Origin: Bugula neritina
Taxonomy: Eukaryota > Animalia > Bryozoa
Assembly: GCA_964035545.1 (NCBI GenBank)
Contig: OZ037765.1
Coordinates: 35,364,080-35,428,079 of the forward strand
Length of the DNA stretch: 64,000 bases
Direction of reading: 5' to 3'
The position numbers were made by a program, and so were the translations under genes. Below the pieces are notes generated by a model that did not search any database, was not told where the DNA came from, and saw only the letters and a program-made list of their open reading frames with translations. Shown in pieces: positions 27,501-39,500 of this stretch (positions are counted from its first letter, which is position 1; each line of letters opens with the position of its first letter).

Positions 27501-30500
27501 TAGTAGAACGACTCGAACTTTTAATTTCTAGCGCTAAAGCCGGAAATACGGGAGTACGAAACGAAATTGTGTCTATATTAGACGAATTACTTAGAATGAA
27601 AATTATTACTCGTGACTATTATAAAAGTATTCTCGTATAATAAATGTACGTTTACGATAAAAGACAACGATTACAAAAACACTACGCCGGTGGTGGAATA
27701 TTTGATACCATTAGGAATGTAGTAACTAAAATAGCTAGTAATTCCAGCGTAAGAGAATTAGGTAAAAAGGCTATAGCTAAAGCGGGTACCGCGGCCGGTG
27801 AAAAAATTGTTAACGCGATTAAAAAAAGAAGACAAAAAAAGTTAAACGCTAAAAGTCAAGCTATATTACAAAAGCTTAATCAAACTAAAAATATATTAAA
27901 CAATAATAATATAAGTAATATTTTAGAAGGAAGCGGACAAGCTATAGCTTATTAAGAAATTATTTTACTATAATAAATGGATTCTCTGAACATTACACAA
28001 AAAATTGTACTCGATACGAGCGTAGAGCGCGATCAGGTGCACGAATACGAACCCGTAACGGGAACGAATTTAAATACTCCCAGTGAAATTAGAATAGTTA
28101 TTAATCAGCAAGATTTGTACGTTCAGCCGAGTAAAAGTTATTTAATTATCGAGGGTCGTTTAACTAAAGCCGATGGAACCGCTTACGCCGACGCCGACTT
28201 AGTAACGCTAACGAATAACGGTATGGCTTATTTGTTTAAAAGTATTAGATATCAACTCGACGGACACGACTTGGAATATATAAATAATCCCGGACACGCT
28301 TCGACCATGATGGGTTTACTAACTTATCCCGACGACTACGGTAAGTCGAGAGGTCTTAATCAGTTGTGGTCAAAAGATACTACCGCAACCGCTGCCGCCG
28401 CTAATTTAGGTTTTAACGCGCGTCAAATTTATATTATACAAAAGCCAGATCCTAAAGGTACTTTTAGTATTAAAGTGGATCTCAGACATTTGTTCGGATT
28501 CGCCGATGATTACGAAAAAGTATTATACGGTATAAAACATCAACTAACGCTAGTACGTGATACCAACGATAACGCTATTTATAGAGCTAACGGCGTAGAC
28601 GCGGGAAAAATAACGTTAGATAAAGTATCATGGTGGATGCCTCACGTAACGCCTAGTTTTGAAATGAAGCATAAACTCTATAAAATTATAGAGAGTAAAG
28701 CGCAACTACCCCTAATTTATAGATCTAGATGGTGTGATAGTATCGCGGTGCCGCAAACTACAAACTTTACGTGGCGTTTGGGTTCTAGAGGAGATACCGA
28801 AAAACCTAAATATATTATTATAGGTTTTCAAACGGGTAAGAATGAAAGTCAAACGACTAATCCGGCCGTATTCGATCACGTTAACGTTAAAAGTATATAC
28901 GCGATGCTAAACAGTGAGCGGTATCCCGAAGTTGATTACGATATAGATTTTGCTAAAATGAAGTTTAGTAGAGTGTACGGAGACGCTTCTAAGTTTTGCG
29001 GAGAATATTACGGTATAAACGAGCTAATCGCATATTCGAACGTATTACCTTCCGAATATAAAGATCTTTACGCTTTGTTCGTAATAGACGTTAGTAAGCA
29101 AAGCGAAGCTCTTAAAAGTAGCGTAGCCGATATTCAATTAAGAGTTCAGTTTAGTCAAAACGTGCCGGCTGATACTCAAGCTTACGCGCTAATTTTATCG
29201 GATAAAATTATGTCTCTCAGTTCCGATGGAAACAATTTAAAAGTTATATAAATGGATAATAGAATTTTAAGAGAAATTGCTGATAATACGGCCTCTAAAC
29301 AAACGATGACTATAGGAGTTACCGATACTAAAACGAGAATAATTACTCAACTTAATCCGCCTATAGAATTAAATAAAAATAAAAAATACGAAATGTGTCT
29401 TATTAGTTTAGATACGTTTTATTCTTTTCCAAACATTAGTACCGATAGAAATTCCTATAGATGGTCTAAAGACGGTGGTACTACGTGGCATTTAGTTTCG
29501 TTACCAGTCGGAGTGTACGAATTAGATCAACTAGAAGAAGCTATTCAAGACGAAATAGTAAAAGAGGGGGGTAATAGAAACGGTATTACTTTACAAGCTA
29601 ATAAAGTAACTTTTAGAATTATACTTAAATTAAAACCAAATTACCAAATAGATTTTAACGTTGAAAATTCTCTAAGAGACGTTTTAGGTTTTGACGCGGC
29701 GATATATAATCAACCTTATATCGAAGCTACGAATATAGTAAATATTTTAAATATAAACGCTATACACGTACAAGTTGATTGTATTAACGGAAGTTATATC
29801 GATGGTACTTATAAACCCGTTATTTATTCATTTTTTCCGAGCGTTAGTCCGGGATATAAAATAATAGAAAAACCTCATAATTTAATATACTTACCCGTTC
29901 ACGTTAAATATATTAAGACGTTAACCGTTACGGTAACCGATCAAAAAGGTAATTTATTAGATCTTAGCGGCGAACAACTTTCGATAAGATTTCATTTAAG
30001 AGAAGTTTAATGTATTATATAAATGGGTTATTGCGAAATTATAGGAAATGTGCCGCAGGCGCAAAAACAAAAAATAATGAACGCTTATAGAAGCGGTAAG
30101 GGTTGCGTTATTAAATTGCCTCTCGAAAGCGGAAATGATAAACTAGTCGTTACGAAAACGCAAAACGATAATATTTTAAAAGCGTTAAACGCTAATAAAA
30201 AAAATATAACGCTTGAAATGTCTCCGTCGTTAGTAAAAACTAACGCGTCAATGAGCGGAGGATTTTTAGGAGCTCTATTGGGTATAGCCACGAGAGTAAT
30301 ACCTACGCTATTAAAAACTATTATACCCGGCGTACTTTCCGGAGCCGCTAGCGCCGGAGTCGAAAGAGCTATTAAAGGTAAAGGTCTTTATTTGAAAAAA
30401 GGCGGATGCGTATGTTCCGTAGAACCTAATTCAAACGGTTCTATTACTTTAAAACCAGTCGCGTCGTCTAATTTAATGAAGGGAAACGGTTTATATTTAA

Positions 30501-33500
30501 AACAAGGTTCTAGCTATATAAAAGGCGAAGGTTTAATTTTAGGTCCGAATAGTCCGTTTAAAAACATTCCTCTTTTAGGTATGCTATTATAGTTAAAGAA
30601 AACATATATAAATGTCAACAGTAATTACTTATAAAAGCCTCGACGGCACCCCGATTACCGAAACGATATATAAAAATAATGATTGTGAAAAACGAGTATA
30701 CGAAGGCGGTGATATTAAAGAAAGAATTATATATAAAAATTTTAATATATTAAAAGAAATGACTAATTCGTCTAACGAATGCGGATTACTCGAAGAAATT
30801 ACTTATAATAATAAAAAAGAAATTATTTATAAAGAAAATGATGGAAAAATAAAAATAAAAACTATTTATAAAACTAAAGAAATAATTCAAGAACTTAACG
30901 TAGGTTTAATGAATTACGCGGCGGCTAGAATACCGTCATTCTTTACTAAACTAAAATACGCCGAAGACGAAATAGAAAAAAGACGAAATGACGCTTTACA
31001 TTAGTTAAAGAAAACATATATAAATATACGGATAATTTTTATATTGAACTTCCTTTTTTAATTAATTGCATTTTGCAAGTAATTAACAAACGTTGTTACG
31101 AGCGATTATTATATCGCTTTTTTTATCCACTATTACGCTATTAATATTTTTATATTTTTCGGTTATAGCGTCGTACTCTCCTTCGTCTATATAAGAGTCG
31201 CTTAAAAATTTTGATAACATAGAATTAATTTCTAATTTTGAATCTTTTATAAAGGTATATATATCTAAATACATTAACGTAGATTTAATTAATTTAGTAT
31301 CTTGAGAAGTAGTAATTACACTCATTATACTTACTATTATAGATAATGGTAATAACGTTTGTTTAGTAACGTTAGCGTTTATTAACGCCGTAATAATAAC
31401 GCCGCATATTAAATTCGTTGTACCGCATAATCCCGAAATTATTTTTAACGATTTCGATAGCCAATTAAAACGATTAAGTTTTTGTTCGTATTCGTTTTCT
31501 AATTTAATAATTTCATCGTTTAAGAGTTCTAATTTTTCTCGTCGAAAATCCATTTATATAAAAAAATGATTTTTATTATTTTATTATTTTATAATATGGA
31601 TCTTACCGTTGAATTACTCGATAAACTAATAGCTAAAGCCGAACAAAAAAAATATACACCGTTACTCGAATATTTATATATACCAGTAATTAATAATATA
31701 TCTCTTAAAGAAATTAATTTTAGAACGAGAAAACAAATTCCTAACATTAATAGATATTTTTATATAAAAAGTAATTTAAAACGCGAAGCTTATAAACTAA
31801 AAGAAGAAAATAGAGACGTATAACAGCCCAGTATTATTACTTATTTTACATAAGTAATAATATTAAAAATTGATATTACTATTAAAGAATATATTATATA
31901 AATGGAGTTTAATACAAAAATTACCGTAAAAGCTTTAAAAGCTTTAGCTAAAGAAAGAGGATTGAAACGATATTCTCGATTAAAAAAAGCCGAACTTATA
32001 CGGCTATTATCACCTATGGACGAACCCGTTCCAAATATAGGACAAGCCCCGTTAATACCTACACCCGTAAAAAAAATTATGCGAGAAATATTTACGCAAA
32101 CTACGCGTAATATAAAAAAATGGGTTATAAAGCCAATTACAAAAATTATAAATCCAATTAAGGATAAAATTATGGCTTTATATAATCAGCCTAAACTTAA
32201 AGAACAAGCCGCTAACGGTTGGTTTCAAACTTATGAAATTAAAGGTTTACCCGGATACGATATAGATTCGTTTTGTAAATTAGTAAAACTAAACGTACTA
32301 GAGTTATTAAAACCTACTATAAAAGCTAAAATATTTTTATATTGTGAAGTAAAAAAGCATAATATAAGTACCGGAGAAATTATTATAGAAACTATGCCAT
32401 TTACATCAAACGTTGAAATTATATTATCTTCTACGAATGTTGATGAAATATACGATGAAATAATTGAACGTATAAAAGAAAATTTTGCTTCGTTAAACGC
32501 TAAAGGAAGTAGTTGGACGTTTAAAGCCATTAAAAAAATGGAAATTAATATTAATAAATATCAACCTCTTAACGGATCATCGTGGATTGATCTTCCAAAA
32601 GAAATTAAATTAAAGAAAGCCGTAATAAATCCAAAAAATAAAGACGATAAATGCTTTATGTGGGCCATTTTAATGGGAGTTTATCCGGTTAATAAAAATG
32701 TTGAAAGAATTAGTAATTATAAAGAGCACATTAATAAATTATCGTGGGAAGGAGTAGAATTTCCGGCTACAAAAGAATCCATTGACGCTTTTGAAAAAGT
32801 TAATTCCTCAATAGGAATTAATGTATTTATGTGGGACAATAAAACGATAAATTTATGGAGAAAAACTAGCAGTCAGAATAAAATTATAAATTTACTTTAT
32901 ATAACCGATGGCAAAAAAAATCATTATACGTATATTAAAAATTTAAATAAATTACTCGGTTCGCAAATAAATAAACGCGTTAACGCTAAACATATTTGCG
33001 TAAATTGTATGAATTCGTTTCGATCTAACGAATCATTAAAAAAGCATCAAGATTGGTGCTTAAAAAACGATAGTGTGACTACGACATTTCCAAAATTAGA
33101 AGATAAAATAAAATTTCAGTCTAGTCATTATTGTCGCGGTATGAGAGTACCATTTGTAATATACGCGGATTTTGAATGTTTTACAAAGCCTATACAAGGC
33201 TGTAATCCTAATTTTAAAGAAAGTTATACTAACCAATATCAGCAACACGAACCGTCGGGTTTCGGATATTATATAGTAAGCGTTACCGGCGAGTGTAATT
33301 ATAGAAGTTATACTAAAGAAACTGAAGACGAAGATATTGGCGAACAATTTATAAGACTATTAGAACTCGACATTAAAAATATTTATAAAAAACATAAATT
33401 CGCTAAAACTATGCGAATTATGACTAGCGAACAAAAGTCTTTCGAATTAGCCGAAAATTGTTATATATGCGAAGAAAAATTGAGTAATGACAGAGTGAGA

Positions 33501-36500
33501 GATCACTGCCACTTGACCGGAGACTATAGAGGAGCGGCTCATAAAAATTGTAATTTAAATTATAAAATTCCAAAATTTTATCCGGTGTTTATACACAACT
33601 TATCGGGTTACGACGCCCACTTATTTATTAAAAATTTAGGCGGTGAACCTTCGTGTATACCTAATACCGAAGAAAAATATATATCTTTTAGTAAAAAATT
33701 ATTAGTAGACGAATTTACCAATAAAGAAGGTGAAAAAATTAAAGTTACCCGTGAAATTCGCTTTTTAGACTCGTATAAATTTATGAGTTCTAGTTTAGCG
33801 AGCTTAGTAGCGAATTTAAAACGCGACGACTTTAAACACTTGAGTGAATATTATAAGGAAAAACAATTAGACTTGGTATTAAGAAAAGGAGTATTTCCGT
33901 ACGATTATTTTAATAATCTAAGCGTGTTGAATGAAACGTCTTTACCACCTAAAGAAAAGTTTTATTCAAGCTTAACCGAGCAAAATATTTCGGAAGAAGA
34001 TTATATACACGCTCAAAAAGTTTGGCAAGAATTTAATATGAGAACATTTAAAGAATATCACAACTTATATATGAAAGTTGATGTATTACATTTAGCCGAC
34101 GTTTTTGAAAACTTTAGAAACGTGTGTTTAAAATATTACAAATTAGATCCCGCTTGGTACTATACGGCCCCGAGTTTAAGTTGGGACGCTATGCTTAAAA
34201 CTACCGAATTAAAGTTGGATCCAATTACCGACGTTAACCAACTACTTTTCTTTGAAAAGGCTATTAGGGGTGGTGTAAGTATGATCAGTCATAGACACGC
34301 TAAAGCCAATAATAAGTATATGGAAAATTATAACGCTAGCGAACCTAGCAGTTATATTACTTATTTAGACGCTAACAATTTATACGGTTGGGCTATGTCT
34401 AAAAATTTACCTACGGGTAATTTTAAGTGGATGACTGAAAAGCAATGTAAAAACTTGGAAAAAAATTTAAATTTTCCGCCTAGCTTCTTGGAAGTAGACT
34501 TAGAATATTCTAAAAAATTACACGACTCGCATAAAGATTATCCATTTTGCCCCGAAAGGTTAACGATTAACAAAGTAGAAAAGTTAGTGCCAAACTTAAA
34601 TAATAAAAAAAATTATATTATACATTACGAGGCGTTAAAACAATGCCTTATGTATGGCTTAAAATTAACAAAAATTCATAGAGGTATAACCTTTAATGAA
34701 TCGAATAAGTTAAAAAAATATATAAAATTAAATACCGAACTAAGAACTTTAGCTCGAAGCGATTTTGAAAAAGATTTCTTTAAGCTAATGAATAATTCCG
34801 TGTTCGGTAAAACGATGGAAGATATTCGTAATAGAGTTAACGTTAAATTGGTTACTAGCGAAAGCGAAGCTAAAAAGTTTACTAATCAACCAAACTTTAA
34901 AAGCTTCACTATATTTTCCGAAAATTTAATAGCCGTTCATATGAACGTAACTAAATTAAAGTTTGATAAACCCGTATATTTGGGAGCCGCAATTTTAGAC
35001 ATTAGTAAAACTCTAATGTACGACTTTCATTACGAGTATATTAAACATAAATATAATAATAAAGCGCAATTATTATTTACGGATACGGATAGTTTAATGT
35101 ATCACGTGCAAACTGAAGATTTTTATAAAGATATATTACCGGATATCGAAAATAAATTTGACACGAGTAATTATCCAAAAAATCATAAATCGGGTATACC
35201 AACCGGTAAAAATAAAAAAGTAATAGGAAAGTTTAAGGATGAAGCCGGTGGCAAGCAAATTACAGAATTTGTAGGCCTAAGAGCTAAATTATATTCTTAC
35301 AAAATGGATGATATAGAAGAGAAAAAATGTAAGGGTATTAATAAAACAACTCGTGATAATCGCATAACATTTGATGATTATAAAGAGTGTTTATTAACGC
35401 GGCGAAATCAATTTAGAACGATGAACGTGTTAAGAAGTCATAAGCATACGATGTACGCTGAAACTATAAATAAAGTAGCTCTGTCGGCCGAGGATGATAA
35501 AAGAAATATACTCGAAGACGGTATAACTACAGTCCCTTACGGTTATATAAATGATTAAAATAAAAAATATAAAATTACCGAATAAAGCTCTATCAAATAT
35601 TGAATTAGAGTTTACGATTAAAAAGTTAAAAATACCATTTTTTAGAGGAGTATTTTCAAGAAACGATTTACCCGATAAACCGCGTAAAAAAGAATGCGGT
35701 ATATTAAATTTAGACGATTTAATGGGTAACGGTACTCATTGGGTAGCTTGGTATAAAAACGGAAATAAAAAATATTATTTCGATAGTTTCGGATTACATC
35801 CACCGCTAGAAATAATGAAATATTTAAAACCACCTATATTTTATAATACGGAACGAGTACAAGAATTCGGTACCGTTATATGCGGACACTTGTGTTTATA
35901 TTGGCTTAAAGAAATGTCTAAACACGAGTCACCTCAATTAATTATAAATAAATTACTTATATAAATGAGTTCGGTTTATATTTTTGGAAATTCGGCTAAA
36001 GCCACTATAATAAATGAAAAACCGTATATTACAAATATTGTAATTCCATCAGAATTTATTTATTACGACGGTAGTTCTAGCGGATTCGGAGGTACGTTAA
36101 TTAAAGATTTTTTAGTTGATGAACCGATTGAAATAACGAATATCCTAGTACAATTTTACGGTGAACAAGCTCACAATACTAAAGAACTTTATTGGACTGA
36201 TAAAAGAATAGGCTTACAAGTTCGAAATAGCGCTGAAATATTCGGAGTATCCGATGAAAATACTTTTTATGATATAAGCGGTAGCGAACATAATCTCCCG
36301 TTTAGCGAAATAAGCGTTAATAAAGTTATTGAAGCTAATAAAAACTTTTCAATATCAATAGCGCTATCAAAAACTTATCCTAGTCATAAACCTAGCGACG
36401 TAATTTTAACCGATACTCCCGCTAGCGAAATAACCGCCGCGGCATTACCTTTTCATTACGTATTAGTAAAACTTTATTATAATTATAAATGAATATTTAT

Positions 36501-39500
36501 AAATTTAGTAAAGTCAATATAACGACTAATAAAGCGTATATTACGAGTATTATACCTAAACGCGAATTTTATTATTACGAAGATATTAATAGCTTTACGG
36601 TAGATTTAATTAATGATTATTTAGTTAATAAATCTATAGAAATAACGCACGCGTTAATACAATTTTATAACGAAAGTTCACCTAATAATAAAACGAAAGA
36701 TTTATATTGGACTGATAAAAAATTAGGTTTACATATTCGTAATAGCGTAAATCCATTTGACGAGTCTAAAGAAAATATATTTTATACTATTAGCGGTGCT
36801 GAACATAATGTTCCGTATAGTAAAATAAATATTAATAAAATTGTTAACGCTAATAATAATTTTTCGTTTACAATAGCTCTTTCGAGTGATTATCCGAGTC
36901 ATAAACCCAATGACGTAATTCTTGTTAATACACCGAGTGAAGACGCTACTAATGCACTACCTTTTGATTACGTATATTTAAAACTTTATTATAATAGTTT
37001 AACTAATTAAAAAATTATTATTAATGCTTTCGAGCGATGGTAATATTGTAGAAACGGGTATAAATATTTCAGATCTTATTACAATAAATAATATAAATAA
37101 TTACGCTATTCCTAAATTACAAGAAGCAGTTGGTAATAAATTAGTTATATCAACGAATGATGGAGGTATAACCGAATCTACTGAATCTTTACCAACATTT
37201 CCAAGTTATGACGTTTAAATACTAAATTATTATATTCTTAACGTATAATAATTTATTATCTTACTAATAGTATCGTATTGTGAGCTAGAACCATCCACCT
37301 TAAAAATATTTTTTTTCTTATTTTAAAAAAATATTTTTCTAAATAAAATTTATAATATTACACTACTTTTTATAATATTACACTACTTTTTTATAATATT
37401 ACTAATAAAGTAGTAGTAGGTGGATGCGTCCTGGCTCACTCTTCTGACACTGGCGAGTCGAAGACTCGACGGTGGAAGAAGAGTGAGCCAGGACCATCCA
37501 CCTACTACTACTGTGATATATAAACAGTAGACAGTATGGAGTAGTTGTGATATATAAACAGTAGACAGTGTGGAGTAGTTGTGATATATAAACAGTAGAC
37601 AGTATGGAGTAGTTGTGATATATAAACAGCTAGTAGACAGTGTAGAGTAGTTGTGATATATAAACAGTAGACAGTATGGAGTAGTTGTGATAGAGCGGGA
37701 CATCAGTGTTCTGGGAGGAAACTGATCTTACAGTAGAGGAATAACTTGTGGCCTTTGGGAGCTGCTCATGAAACTCTTTATCTTGCAGAATGCCAAGGGC
37801 CACCCTCAGCTCCTCTCCGTGCTGGTGAATGGGGGTGAAGCCCTACGCCCCGCAGAGGATGGCACTCCGGTCAAGTTCAAACTGGCTACAGACACGACAG
37901 TTAACTTCCTGTCAACTCACCACGACATCGTGTTTGCTGTCGACGTCAGCTTTTCCACCATATCAAGTGTAAGTATACTATATCAAGTGTAAGTATACTA
38001 TATCAAGTCTAAGTATAGTATATCAAGTGTAAGTTTAGTATATCAAGTGTAAGTATAGTATATCAAGTGTAAGTATAGTATATCAAGTGTAAGTATAGTA
38101 TATCAAGTGTAAGTATAGTATATCAAGTGTAAGTATAGTATATCAAGTGTAAGTATAGTATATCAAGTGTAAGTATAGTATATCAAGTGTTGTATTTTGT
38201 TACTACGCAGTCTACAGCCGATGGAGAAGTTCAGTTCGACAAGATGTTTGAGTCTTTAAGGAAGTGTGTCACTGGACTCACAAAGACGGTAAGTAAACCT
38301 TCTGTATAACACTGAGGTGTGTGTGCAGCAGCGTGGTCTAGGGGACTAAGTGTTTCATCAGTAAACCGATAGTATGCGGTTCAAATCCTGATGGTGTAAC
38401 ATGTTTTGTTAGAGCTACTACTCTTCTGTGTAGAGAAACTTCAAACCTTGTGATTATTGTAGTTTATTATACCTGGGAGTGATAACTATGAGTTTGTGCC
38501 CTGCTTTTACGCCACTGTGATAGCATACTACCCCCTCGAGGACTGTCCCGTTCAGCAGGTAATCCTCTCCTGTTTGTATGTACTGTGTATTGTAAGTACT
38601 GAGTATTGTAGGTACTGATTATTATAATGTAGGTACTGTGTACTGTAGGTACTGTGTACTGTAGGTACTAAGTATTGTAGGTACAGTGTATTGCAGGTAC
38701 TGTGTATTGCAGGTACTGTGTACTGCAGGTACTGTGTACTGTACGTACTGTGTATTGTAGGTACTGTGTATTGTAGGTACTGTGTATTGTAGGTACTGAC
38801 TCACGGCTATCTTCTCTCACATCGCAATGTTAAGGAGTTCATTAAAGACATCAGCTGGGAGCTGACAAAGTTTGAAAATGGAGTTGCTAATTACTTGAAC
38901 TCTCTTATAGCGGAGGTAATAAATGACATGGTGGCATATCGCTGTAGGTTTTCCAACTCATGCTAGCGATAGAGATTTTATAGCTTGACAAGGTCAATTT
39001 CCAGCTGTTAATTTCACTGTGCTAAGTTATTGAAATATGGTGCAGGACCACAGCTGGTGTTTCTATATAACAGATTTTCCTGCATGAGTTGAATTTCTTC
39101 CCAACATTGACAATTCTCTCCCCTCTTCCCTCCTCCCCTTACCCCCCAGCACACCCCCTCTCTCTTCCCTTCTCCCCCTACCCTCCTCCCCACCCCCTCT
39201 CTCTCACTTCTCCCCTTACCCTCCTCCCCACCCCCCCTCTCTCTCACTTCTCCCCTTACCCCCACACTCCCTCTCACTTCTCCCCTTACCCCCACACTCC
39301 CTCTCACTTCTCCCCTTACCCCCACACTCCCTCTCACTTCTCCCCTTACCCCCACACTCTCTCTCACTTCTGCCTCCATGTAGGCACATGAACTATATTT
39401 GTCCCCTGTTATGAGCACACATGCCTCTCACTACGATGTATAAATAAACATGTATTGGCATCCTGCCAACTACTATCTCCATACCACAAACAGTTTACTC

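Larger units (their letters stand above)
22953..37512. mobile_element. Full-length Polinton/Maverick (adintovirus-like endogenous virus), 14,560 bp
   Basis: 496-bp TIRs, 5'-AGTAGT...ACTACT-3' termini and a 6-bp TSD GTGATA (22947-22952 and 37513-37518). Densely packed, intronless ORFs encode pPolB, rve integrase, A32-like ATPase, DJR major capsid protein, penton and adenain protease. Confidence 0.97.

Noticed and set aside
31566-31595. Track start codon of ORF 31566
   Set aside because: The first 10 codons are T-rich intergenic-like sequence overlapping the AAAAAATGA motif; the ATG at 31596 is the more plausible start.
30085-35833. Antisense ORFs inside Polinton genes (30085-30291, 32231-32530, 33096-33347, 35642-35833)
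   Set aside because: Shadows of real genes; they lack the ATAAATG start context and any motifs.
23247-37218. TIR-mediated inversion as a fibre phase-variation switch
   Set aside because: The TIR-borne coding parts give identical protein, so inversion would change nothing. Fragment 37024 is out of frame with ORF 36489.
38328-38400. Functional tRNA gene
   Set aside because: A/B-box-like motifs are present but there are no convincing acceptor or anticodon stems; more likely a SINE relic.
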